Origin: Oscillospiraceae bacterium
Lineage (GTDB): Bacteria > Bacillota > Clostridia > Oscillospirales > SIG627
Direction of reading: 5' to 3'
DNA: 64,000 nucleotides
Assembly (NCBI GenBank): GCA_015063605.1
Contig: SVTV01000010.1
Location: 11,300-75,299 of the forward strand
Shown: positions 30,052-38,669 of the stretch, one piece after another
How positions within the stretch are numbered: position 1 is the first letter of the stretch
Layout of the letters: each line of letters opens with the position of its first letter
Translations under genes and position numbers: made by a program
Notes under the pieces: model-generated
Seen by the model: only the letters and a program-made list of their open reading frames with translations
Told to the model about the DNA's origin: nothing
Database searches by the model: none

Positions 30052-30405
30052 ATGGCAAAGAATTTATTGCTTGAATATTCCGAAAAATTGGCTTGCGAAA
30101 TTGCAGCGCTTTGCAACGAGCACAAAATAGACTCCAATACCGTATATCAAATCAAAAAATCATCATCAAGTGTTTTCGCCAACATTTCCGAAGCGCAATA
30201 TCCGCAAAGTCTTGCCGATATGCTTTCAAAGTTTGAAATTGCACGAAAAGAGTGTATGGAAACAGAGAGTTGGCTAAAGTTGATATTTTCATCCGGATGT
30301 ATTGACGAGAGGACATTTAAGAAACATCGAAATCTCTGCGGCAGAATACGCAGAATGTTAACATCTTCTTGTATTACAATTGAAAACAAAATTAAGCAAG
30401 GTTGA
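30052..30405 (+). CDS. Four-helix-bundle protein (23S rRNA IVP / Avd-like fold family)
   Basis: QIKKSSSSVFANISEAQYPQSLADMLSKFEIARKECMETESWLKL; RBS AAGGAG. Confidence 0.9.
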   Translation: MAKNLLLEYSEKLACEIAALCNEHKIDSNTVYQIKKSSSSVFANISEAQYPQSLADMLSKFEIARKECMETESWLKLIFSSGCIDERTFKKHRNLCGRIRRMLTSSCITIENKIKQG

Positions 30406-30421
30406 AAAGCCTTGCTTTTTT
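30394..30421 (+). terminator. Terminator of the four-helix-bundle gene
   Basis: AAGCAAGG...CCTTGCTT followed by a T-tract. Confidence 0.65.
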
Positions 30422-30615
30422 AGTGGATTCGGGCTCCTGCCCGATTTCGTCGGCTGACGTCCACGCGCTATGCTTGCCCCAGACGCAAGCGTCGAGGAAA
30501 CACAAAAAAACAAGCGATACTTGATTGCCAAACAATAAATTGATAATTGACCGTTTCCACCTTAATATGATATAATGTGATCACACCGGTGATATCAATA
30601 TCTGGAGGTCAGAGC

Positions 30616-31749
30616 ATGAATATTAAGATAGGAGAAAAAATAAAGCAACTGCGACAGCGAGATGGCAGAAAACAAGAGGATTTAGCCAATGCTCTTGGAG
30701 TCAGCCCTCAGGCGGTTTCGCGTTGGGAAGCAAACGGCGGTTATCCCGATATGGAGCTGATACCTGCCATTGCTAATTATTTCAATATCAGCATTGATGA
30801 ACTATTTGGATATAGCACGGACAGACAAGAAAAATTGAGATCAATATTGGATAAGGCTGATAAGTTGCTCAACAAACAAGGTGATATGACGGAATGTGTT
30901 GAATTACTTCGTGCAGCAGCTGAAGAATTTCCATCAGAACCGCAAGTGTTGATCAAACTCGGATATGCATTAAGTATGTGTGGATGGCAAAAATACGGTG
31001 CAAAAGCCTATACTAAAGATGGTTCAGAGTATACTCATGAGGATGCGGAATATAACTCGAAAAATATATACTGGCAGGAAGAGATTCGTATCTTTGAAAA
31101 AGTTTTGACTATGGATATTTCCTCCGAGGACCGCGATGTTATCATCATGATGTTGATAATGGTTTATACCTCAATGGGAAACACAGACAAAGCAAAAGCG
31201 TTGGCATCTAATCAAAATTCAATAATCACTTGCCGTGAAACGCTTATGCCAAAAGCAACCGCAGCTGAAGAACGCGACAAATATCAAGGTGAAGCAATTA
31301 TTTCTCTTTTGACAGAATTAAGAAACGTTATTTGTGACTCCGTATGTACCAAGATTTCGCCGTCCGCAAAATCCGAGGGCGTTAAACTGTTTGTAGTTCT
31401 CGCTCACTTATATGAATCGATTTTCAGTGACGGAAGATGTGGTATTGCACATTATCATCTTTGTGAGCTTTACATGCATGCGGCAGTTTACGAAGCGCGA
31501 TTTAACAAAAATACAGACCAAGCATTTGAATATTTCAAAAAGGGATTTGAGCATAAAAAACTTTATGATTCTATTCGGTGTACAGGTGAATATGAATATT
31601 CCTCTCCTCTTGTAGCGAAAGTGACATTCCCAAGTGCGAATTTCCCGTCAGTTTCTCCAACATTTTGGAAGGGATGGATAGAAGTACTTCCTGAAGCATT
31701 TAAAGAAAGTATCAGATCAGATTCAAGATTTGCAGAGTGCTTTGAATAA
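30616..31749 (+). CDS. XRE-family HTH regulator with helical/TPR-like C-terminus
   Basis: IGEKIKQLR...QEDLANALGVSPQAVSRWE...PDMELIPAIANYF; RBS GGAGG; TTGACC-18-TATAAT at 30547-30576. Confidence 0.9.
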   Translation: MNIKIGEKIKQLRQRDGRKQEDLANALGVSPQAVSRWEANGGYPDMELIPAIANYFNISIDELFGYSTDRQEKLRSILDKADKLLNKQGDMTECVELLRAAAEEFPSEPQVLIKLGYALSMCGWQKYGAKAYTKDGSEYTHEDAEYNSKNIYWQEEIRIFEKVLTMDISSEDRDVIIMMLIMVYTSMGNTDKAKALASNQNSIITCRETLMPKATAAEERDKYQGEAIISLLTELRNVICDSVCTKISPSAKSEGVKLFVVLAHLYESIFSDGRCGIAHYHLCELYMHAAVYEARFNKNTDQAFEYFKKGFEHKKLYDSIRCTGEYEYSSPLVAKVTFPSANFPSVSPTFWKGWIEVLPEAFKESIRSDSRFAECFE

Positions 31750-31890
31750 TCATTCCCTGCCTCGCGCATGACTTTTCTTTGCTTTCTGCAAATCAAACAA
31801 TCTTTGTTCGGACATTCGACTCTCCGTTTCATAAAAAATCGGTAGGCTTCATAAGAGGATTGCCGATTTTTATTTGTTATGTAAAAAACA

Positions 31891-31931
31891 CCGCCGAAAG
31901 CGGCCGCAAATTAAACGGTTACTTTCGGCGG
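31891..31931. repeat. Imperfect hairpin, direct-repeat copy 1
   Basis: CCGCCGAAAGCGGCCGCAAATTAAACGGTTACTTTCGGCGG; recurs at 36434-36473. Confidence 0.7.
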
Positions 31932-31949
31932 AGTTGCGTTTTTTAAGAA

Positions 31950-33260
31950 TCAGTTATACAAGTACTCTAACCAATCAGATTTTAATTCTTCATAACCTTT
32001 CCCAAATGTTGCCATGATATCCTTTGAGTGATAAGCGCTGAGCACCTCTTCAATACCGTAGGTGTCTACAAGATAAAGAACAAGAGAAGCCGCTTGATTA
32101 TATGAAAGTTCGACTCCAACACCATCATAATTTTTTCCGTTAACAAGCTTGTAGGTATTGCCAATCGTATTATAAAAGTCAGTTTCCAATTCAGCTTTCG
32201 CATACAGATCTGTATACAAGGGAAGATCAAATGTGCCGACAAGATCAAATTTGCCGCCAAGAGCTATATAATCTTCGTATACATTTTTGCAGATAATTGC
32301 TGATTTATCTCCCGCAGCGGCATACTCATCGAAATAGCCTTGCCTTGCAACATTCATAATTTGAATATACGATGCTGCAATCTGATTGTTAAATCCGAGG
32401 GTCTTTCCGAAGTACTCACATAGACCTTCGCTCAACCAAATATTGCCGTTCTCTCGGATACCTAACGCGTGCACCGATTCGTGAAGAGCACTTGAAAAAT
32501 CATTGATGTACATATTTCCGGAAGGATACCGTGTTTGAGAATATCCGCTGCCGTCGAAGAGCATATAATAATGAAACTCTCGGTTGGTATCAAGTCCTTC
32601 GTTTAATTCGTTTTTTTCGAGATGGTCGAGCATTTTATAAAGCCCCGCGGTATTGAAGTACAGAAGTCCGTGATATTGTGTCGGACTACCGGCACTAAAA
32701 TCCTTGAAATAGTATGTTACATTATCAAAGGATATAATGTATTTATACGTTGCATCAGAGGAAAAATCCATCGAAGCAAGTAAGACTTCCGCTTCCGGGG
32801 CATTAGTGTATTCTGTCTCCAAACCAAGTGATTTAAGATATTCACTCTTATATTCGCACCGCTTCTCTAAATTCAGCAACCCTTCTGCACCGTATTTATC
32901 ATAAACAAAAGCAAACAATGCTTCTGCTACCGGGACAGATTTTGTTTTGTCGTATGTAAATAAGTGATCGTACAACGTGAGATAAGTCATATTAGCGAGA
33001 TCGGAGAAAAACTCTTTTAGGTTTGCCACTTGCTTTCCACTTTCATACGCAGTAAGACCGTAGGTGATCCACTCTTCTCCGCTTGAGCGGAGCGATGCAA
33101 AAGGATCTTCCGGCTTTTCGGTGGATGTATCAGTCGAACTATCCAAAGTCGGCGGTTCAGTGTCCTGCGGCAAATCGGGTGAGTCAGTACATGAAACGAG
33201 CAACATTGCCATCAGCAAGAGAAATGCTATAAAAGAAATTTTAGTTTTCATTGGCTTCAC
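31950..33260 (-). CDS. Lipoprotein zinc metallopeptidase (gluzincin / peptidase MA-like)
   Basis: Lipobox LVSC; HESVH followed by WLSEGLCEYF; C-terminal YNQAASLVLYLVDTYG. Start is 33260 or 33251. Confidence 0.75.
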   Translation of the reverse strand: MKPMKTKISFIAFLLLMAMLLVSCTDSPDLPQDTEPPTLDSSTDTSTEKPEDPFASLRSSGEEWITYGLTAYESGKQVANLKEFFSDLANMTYLTLYDHLFTYDKTKSVPVAEALFAFVYDKYGAEGLLNLEKRCEYKSEYLKSLGLETEYTNAPEAEVLLASMDFSSDATYKYIISFDNVTYYFKDFSAGSPTQYHGLLYFNTAGLYKMLDHLEKNELNEGLDTNREFHYYMLFDGSGYSQTRYPSGNMYINDFSSALHESVHALGIRENGNIWLSEGLCEYFGKTLGFNNQIAASYIQIMNVARQGYFDEYAAAGDKSAIICKNVYEDYIALGGKFDLVGTFDLPLYTDLYAKAELETDFYNTIGNTYKLVNGKNYDGVGVELSYNQAASLVLYLVDTYGIEEVLSAYHSKDIMATFGKGYEELKSDWLEYLYN

Positions 33261-34323
33261 CTCTCTTTTGAAAAAAATATTCCTCGTATCTGTTTTTGAG
33301 AGCTGAAATTTTATCCTTGAAGATCTCCAACTCCGGAGCGCTTACTATATATTGCAAAAAATCTTGGCATAGCTCTTCGGGTGAAAAGGCGTTGCGCAAC
33401 GTCGTGGAGTACAGAAGCGGAGATGTGTTTTCTTTTTCGGATTCTATCATATGTTTTTCCAGCATATCAACAATCCGGTTTATATATTCCTCTGCCGTAT
33501 CCGTTTGCCCAAGCTGAACATATATCTTTGCGATCGAGGCATAGTCGTAAAGAAGCGGCGGATCGTAAAAACCTGCGTACTTACCATCCAGCACCGCCTC
33601 ATACAAAGCCGCGGCTCTTTTATAGTAAAACAGCTTTTCCTCAGAGGACATATCTTCGGTGATAAGCTGCCGCACACAGCATTCTGCGCCGTCAATTTCA
33701 TAAATCAGATTGCGTTTTATCTGTGCGAGGTATTCCTCGCCTTCCATTACAAATTTAGCATACACCTCACGGCTATGACGCAAGGATGGCAATTTTTTGT
33801 AATAATATTTTCCTTTTTCTTTGATGGCAGGATCTTTTGATTCGGAACAAAGCTGAAGCATGATTCGGTAGATCTCATTACGTTTGTCATCGTCCATGCA
33901 ACACTTTTCCGCATGCTCTGCAAGAGATATCATTTTTTCAACCCGATCTTTGTCATAAAGCTTTTTGCGGTATACATGAAGCATTACGCCGGCATAATTT
34001 CCGTAGTGATCGGGATTCAACTCTATTTCACAGATCCAAGCTTGATATACACCCTCCCAATCCTTTTTTGCGTGGAGAGCATGAATTTTCTCGCCAAATT
34101 CTTTTCGATGTTCAATGCTCCACACCAATTCCATATCGAACAAGGAATCAATAGAGCATTTAAAAAGCAATGCTATTTTGGGCAGGAGTGCTATATCGGG
34201 AGACAGTAATCCTCGTTCCCATTTTGAGACGGTTTGTGAAGAAACGCCGAGCTGTTCCGCAACAGCTTCCTGTGTCATATTGCGTGCGGTACGTAATTCC
34301 TTTAATTTGTTTTTGAGTTCCAT
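33241..34323 (-). CDS. XRE-family HTH regulator with TPR-like C-terminus
   Basis: LKELRTARNMTQEAVAEQLGVSSQTVSKWERG..PDIALLPKIA. Confidence 0.9.
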   Translation of the reverse strand: MELKNKLKELRTARNMTQEAVAEQLGVSSQTVSKWERGLLSPDIALLPKIALLFKCSIDSLFDMELVWSIEHRKEFGEKIHALHAKKDWEGVYQAWICEIELNPDHYGNYAGVMLHVYRKKLYDKDRVEKMISLAEHAEKCCMDDDKRNEIYRIMLQLCSESKDPAIKEKGKYYYKKLPSLRHSREVYAKFVMEGEEYLAQIKRNLIYEIDGAECCVRQLITEDMSSEEKLFYYKRAAALYEAVLDGKYAGFYDPPLLYDYASIAKIYVQLGQTDTAEEYINRIVDMLEKHMIESEKENTSPLLYSTTLRNAFSPEELCQDFLQYIVSAPELEIFKDKISALKNRYEEYFFQKRGEANEN

Positions 34324-34328
34324 AATTT

Positions 34329-34877
34329 TTACATCTTATTTTTCATCCAATAATCGTACTGCTTTTTTCTATACATTAAAAGAAAAAAGATATATGCGAC
34401 ACAGTTCGCAACGGCACTCAACACATACCCTGCAGTATATCCGACAAAACTCACATCAAACACCGTACTGAACAAACACATGGGTGCAAAAAAGAAAGTG
34501 ATAAGCGATATTGTTTTTTTCTTAAACACTAAATCATCAAAGGTATTCAATGCAAAGCAGATAAAAACGATCACAGCAATACAGATAAGAATTTTGGATT
34601 CGCGCTTTAAAACCAACTTAAAATCATCTGCAAAAGAAACGTACTGCTTGCCTTCGTAATCCGAAACGATCTCATCTTCACCGACGCCTTTTCTGATTTT
34701 TGATGTATGCAGTAAAATATATCCGAACGCAACCGTTGTCATCAGCGCAATTACAAACAGTTTCAAAGTGGGATTCTCAACCCCGCTTAAGACAGCACCC
34801 CAAACCGCATATAGTGCAATATATGCAATCAAAGTAATAATTGACGAAAAAGTAATATTCCAAAGTATCCGTTTCAT
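34329..34877 (-). CDS. Hypothetical membrane protein (4-5 TM)
   Basis: Hydrophobic segments; RBS GGAGG; first gene of a three-gene operon. Confidence 0.75.
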   Translation of the reverse strand: MKRILWNITFSSIITLIAYIALYAVWGAVLSGVENPTLKLFVIALMTTVAFGYILLHTSKIRKGVGEDEIVSDYEGKQYVSFADDFKLVLKRESKILICIAVIVFICFALNTFDDLVFKKKTISLITFFFAPMCLFSTVFDVSFVGYTAGYVLSAVANCVAYIFFLLMYRKKQYDYWMKNKM

Positions 34878-34914
34878 AATTCCCTCCGTAAATTTTCAGT
34901 AAATTTTTCATATC

Positions 34915-35211
34915 ATAACAGCAGTTGGAAAATTGTGCGTACAGATGCACAATTTTGTTAAGCGCATGTTTTTGTACGCACTGCAGATTATAACAGCAGT
35001 TGGAAAATTGTGCGTACAAACGCACAATTTTGTTAAGCGCATGTTTTTGTACGCACTGCAGATTATAACAGCAGTTGGAAAATTGTGCGTACAGACGCAC
35101 AATTTTGTTAAACGCATGTTTTTGTACGCACTGCAGATTATAACAGCAGTTGGAAAATTGTGCGTACAGACGCACAATTTTGTTAAGCGCATGTTTTTGT
35201 ACGCACTGCAG
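34915..35211. repeat. Tandem array of four 75-bp units (last unit 72 bp)
   Basis: Units start at 34915, 34990, 35065 and 35140: ATAACAGCAGTTGGAAAATTGTGCGTACAGACGCACAATTTTGTTAAGCGCATGTTTTTGTACGCACTGCAGATT; at most one substitution per unit; no spacers. Confidence 0.97.
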
Positions 35212-35223
35212 TTGTTTGCGCTT

Positions 35224-35252
35224 ATTATATCACAAATCATTTTGGGTGTAAA
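35224..35252 (-). promoter_or_regulatory. Sigma-A promoter pointing into the 75-bp array
   Basis: Minus strand reads TTTACA-17-TATAAT with TG extension. Confidence 0.7.
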
Positions 35253-35311
35253 TAGACAATTTAGCTCACGGTTATGTCTGTTTTGTATCAGAACAAAATG
35301 GCATCATTTCT

Positions 35312-35491
35312 GGGGCTGTCTCACTAACGTGAGCCAAGCCCTGAAATTGAACTCGATGAATAAAATTCATCGTTTTGGCACCGAAATTACGTAAAAATTC
35401 GTACTAAAGCACGCCAAAAACGTTCAAGTTTCCGAAAATAGCGGGTTCCCGTCCGCTATTTTCGCGGGGCGTCGCTTAATGCGACAGCCCC
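35312..35491. mobile_element. MITE-like non-coding element, copy B (inverted relative to copy A)
   Basis: 180 bp; terminal IRs GGGGCTGTCTCACTAA and GGGGCTGTCGCATTAA (14/16). Confidence 0.82.
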
Positions 35492-35610
35492 TTTTCGTTT
35501 TCAACTCACATTAGAAAAATTCTCTCAAAATGAGTTATTGTTTTCACATAAGAATATGCTATAATAATATCAGGATAAGCGCTGATCCAAAACAATTCGG
35601 AGGAACAACA

Positions 35611-36423
35611 ATGATTAAACTTGGAGAAAAAATAAAATCGTTAAGAAAACAGAAGAATATATCCCAAGAGGTTTTTGCTAACTATCTTGGCGTATCCTTT
35701 CAAGCCGTTTCGAAATGGGAAACGGGTAACACAATGCCGGATGTGACTATGATCCCCGCAATCGCTTCCTTTTTCGGCGTTTCAACAGATGAGCTTTTCG
35801 ATTTCAATCTTTACGAAATTGAGAAAAATGTTGAAGCAATCGTAGATGAACACAGTAAATATTGGTATGAGGACAAATCCAAAGCAGAGCAAATTATCCG
35901 AGATGGGTTGAAACGATATCCCGGAAATGATGTGTTGTTAAATTGTTTGATTGGCGTTATTTCGGAATTGGGAAAAAACGATGAAGTCATTACTATTGGA
36001 AAAGCTCTTGTAGAAAGCACGAAATATGATGATGTGCGTATGGATGCATATCGTATTATGGCAGAAGCATATAAAGCAAAGGGCGAATATGAATTGGCTA
36101 AAGATGCAATTGAACATATTCCGGAAATTTACTTCACAAAGCTTGGGGTAGCTGCTCGACTTCTTGAAGGAGAAGAAATGTATGAGGCGGCACAAAAGCA
36201 AAAGAATATTTCCGCAGAGGACTTGATCGATATGCTGATCATTGCAGGTAAGCGTTTAAAAGAAAACGGCGAAATCGAAAAAGCCAATTCTCAATTTAGG
36301 ATCGCACTAAAAGTAATGGATGCTTTTAAAGATGATTTTATTGAAAGCAAATGGTTTAAAGCTACCGTTTATGAGTACGCAAACGAACAACGAAAAGAAA
36401 TTGAAAAGCTGTTAAGCGAATAA
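35611..36423 (+). CDS. XRE-family HTH regulator with TPR-like C-terminus
   Basis: LGEKIKSLRKQKNISQEVFANYLGVSFQAVSKWETG..MPDV; RBS GGAGG; TGCTATAAT upstream. Confidence 0.9.
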   Translation: MIKLGEKIKSLRKQKNISQEVFANYLGVSFQAVSKWETGNTMPDVTMIPAIASFFGVSTDELFDFNLYEIEKNVEAIVDEHSKYWYEDKSKAEQIIRDGLKRYPGNDVLLNCLIGVISELGKNDEVITIGKALVESTKYDDVRMDAYRIMAEAYKAKGEYELAKDAIEHIPEIYFTKLGVAARLLEGEEMYEAAQKQKNISAEDLIDMLIIAGKRLKENGEIEKANSQFRIALKVMDAFKDDFIESKWFKATVYEYANEQRKEIEKLLSE

Positions 36424-36433
36424 TACAACAAAG

Positions 36434-36473
36434 CCGCCGAAAGCGGCCGTAATTTTACGGTTACTCCCGGCGG
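36434..36473. repeat. Imperfect hairpin, direct-repeat copy 2
   Basis: CCGCCGAAAGCGGCCGTAATTTTACGGTTACTCCCGGCGG. Confidence 0.7.
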
Positions 36474-36478
36474 TAATT

Positions 36479-37465
36479 TTATTCCACACCCATTATCAAT
36501 GCGGCGATCTCCTTCGGAGACGAGCCTGCGACAAAATCGCTGACACTGCTTACATCAAGAAGCGTACATATATCATCAAATTCAAATCTTGTACCCAAAA
36601 GAAGAGTTTCCAATTCCGAAATATCACGTGTACCGAAGAAATCACCCGATATTTTCGCCAAAGCAATTCTTCCCTCCGAGACCTCAAGCTCCGCTTGGAC
36701 CGTACCGAAAGGAAACCTTCTGCGCTCACGTCTCGAATAGCTCTTCGATGCGCCGAAATTCCATTCCCATGCGGAATACTTACTGTCGGCAAGCTTTTGT
36801 ATTCCGACACGCTCTTTGTCCGTCAGCTCACGCACAGCCGTAATACCCGCATGTTCGGATACATACCTTTCGATATATTCGATAAACTCCCCTGTTTCAA
36901 GCTTTTTTGACAAAAGGGGCTTAAGATTCGTAACACGGCTCCTTACGCTGTTTATCCCCTTACTTTGCAGCTTCAACGGATCCGGACGGAGAGCACCTTC
37001 CATTTCCGTAAGATCAGCATCAAAAAGCAATGTACCGTGATGGATAAGCCTTTCGCCTCGGACACATTGGGCGGTGCCCGAAATTTTTGCTCCGCCTACG
37101 GCAATATCATTTCTTCCGGTCAGAACAGCTTCCACACCGAGTGACTTAAGTGATTCGATAACAGGAGCGCAAAAGCGGGCAAAGTCGAGGGAGCCTTCTC
37201 CTTTTTTTGTAATGAAAGTATAATTCACATTGCCTATATCGTGAAATACGGCGCCGCCGCCCGTAAGTCTGCGTACCACCTTGATACCGTGCTCCTCAAT
37301 AAATGCACGGTCAAGCTCAGCGAAGGCATTCTGATTCTTTCCGATTATGACCGATCTCGAATTTTGCCAAAGCATGAATACATCGTCACAGAGATTGTCG
37401 GTGATGTATTCCTCAGCTGCCAGATTAAAATAGGGATCGGTGCTTTTGTTTTTTATTATTATCAT
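36479..37465 (-). CDS. lplA: Lipoate--protein ligase A
   Basis: DPYFNLAAEEY, RRLTGGGAVFHD, GRNDI...KISGTAQ, HHGTLLF, SVRSRVTN. Confidence 0.95.
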   Translation of the reverse strand: MIIIKNKSTDPYFNLAAEEYITDNLCDDVFMLWQNSRSVIIGKNQNAFAELDRAFIEEHGIKVVRRLTGGGAVFHDIGNVNYTFITKKGEGSLDFARFCAPVIESLKSLGVEAVLTGRNDIAVGGAKISGTAQCVRGERLIHHGTLLFDADLTEMEGALRPDPLKLQSKGINSVRSRVTNLKPLLSKKLETGEFIEYIERYVSEHAGITAVRELTDKERVGIQKLADSKYSAWEWNFGASKSYSRRERRRFPFGTVQAELEVSEGRIALAKISGDFFGTRDISELETLLLGTRFEFDDICTLLDVSSVSDFVAGSSPKEIAALIMGVE

Positions 37466-37501
37466 TTTTATATGTATTTTATTCTTATCACTATTCAGCG
37501 C

Positions 37502-38569
37502 TCAATTACTTTTTTCCGTATGAATCTCGGTCTGTGCTTTTTTGCGGTCACCTTTAATTAATTTGTAGAGAGGTGAAACCGCAAGACGTAAAATACGAGC
37601 CATTACGTACGAAAGAGCGAACACAGTCAAAACCATAGCGGGCATAAAATACCGTGTTCTCGAATAAAGCCACAGATCCGCAATATAGGAAAAGAGGTAC
37701 ATTTCGAAGGAACAGACAGAAAATTCACGGAAAATAAAGGCAAGGGGTTTGGGAAGATCGACATCGTAAAACACGAGAAAGATCGTTGCCGCCATAGCTC
37801 CTGTTGTAATACAAGAGAAACCGTTCATCATATACCATGCATATCCGACCTCGGGAGAAGAATACAGCCAGCAAAGACCTACCGGGATGAGAATGGCTGT
37901 TGCTGCAAGCGGGATCGACACCGCTTTTTTGATCTTGGGCTGATACTCGCCTATCATTGATCCGATAAAGTAATAAGAAAGCGGATACATTGCTTCCCAA
38001 TACTCCGGAATGATATCAAGGGATGCCCCTGAGATCCGAAAGCTTTCCACCGCCGCAGGAAGATTGGTCATGAAGCAGAGAATAATACAAAGTACCATTC
38101 TTTTTCTGAAAGTACCTAAAGCTTGAAACAGAATATTGAGAAACGGGATCAGAAGGAAGAGCCCGATATACATTTCCACATACCAGGCATAGCCGTGGGC
38201 GGAAAAGTCAAATACAGAACGTATACCCCAGAAGAGGTCTGAATTTGTCTGCCCGATATGATTGGTATAAAGCACACTCAAAGCGGCTATTACAATATAA
38301 GAAATGATTACCGGAAGGATTCCGCGGAAATAACCACGAGTAAGCTGTTTTTTTCTGTTAAGATAGCCTGTAAGCAAAATAAACAAAGGTACACTGGAAA
38401 TTGCAGTAAAGCGAATAAACAAGTACACTGTCCATTTGAGGGAGTGCACTCCCACTTCCATTGGTCCAAGATATGCGATGGCATGGGTAGTCATAACGAA
38501 AAGTACTGCCAGAGTACGAATAATATCAAGACCCGAAGATCGTTGTTTTGTTGACATATGAATCACCAT
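37502..38569 (-). CDS. Acyltransferase family 3 membrane protein
   Basis: RSSGLDIIRTLAVLFV, VPLFILLTGY, WYVEMYIGLFLLIPFL. Confidence 0.88.
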   Translation of the reverse strand: MVIHMSTKQRSSGLDIIRTLAVLFVMTTHAIAYLGPMEVGVHSLKWTVYLFIRFTAISSVPLFILLTGYLNRKKQLTRGYFRGILPVIISYIVIAALSVLYTNHIGQTNSDLFWGIRSVFDFSAHGYAWYVEMYIGLFLLIPFLNILFQALGTFRKRMVLCIILCFMTNLPAAVESFRISGASLDIIPEYWEAMYPLSYYFIGSMIGEYQPKIKKAVSIPLAATAILIPVGLCWLYSSPEVGYAWYMMNGFSCITTGAMAATIFLVFYDVDLPKPLAFIFREFSVCSFEMYLFSYIADLWLYSRTRYFMPAMVLTVFALSYVMARILRLAVSPLYKLIKGDRKKAQTEIHTEKSN

Positions 38570-38669
38570 AACTTTCGCTGCGCAAAAGTTTCTTTCTTGT
38601 GTATTGAGGCTGATAAGTAAAAACGTTTTTACGATTGCTATTCAGAAAAATGGTACTAACATGAAATAA

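Noticed and set aside
30052-30405. Diversity-generating retroelement (Avd-like gene)
   Set aside because: No reverse transcriptase and no TR/VR pair with adenine-specific mismatches seen.
34915-35211. CRISPR array
   Set aside because: Units are contiguous and near-identical with no unique spacers; no cas genes in the window.
34777-35394. Cys-rich repeat-peptide ORFs (possible RiPP precursor) over the 75-bp array
   Set aside because: Open frames follow from a stop-free 75-bp period. There is no RBS, one ORF starts inside the promoter, and no modification enzymes are nearby.
29740-36473. Prophage or ICE integrated at tRNA-Lys
   Set aside because: No integrase, phage or conjugation genes, and no duplicated tRNA 3' end found.
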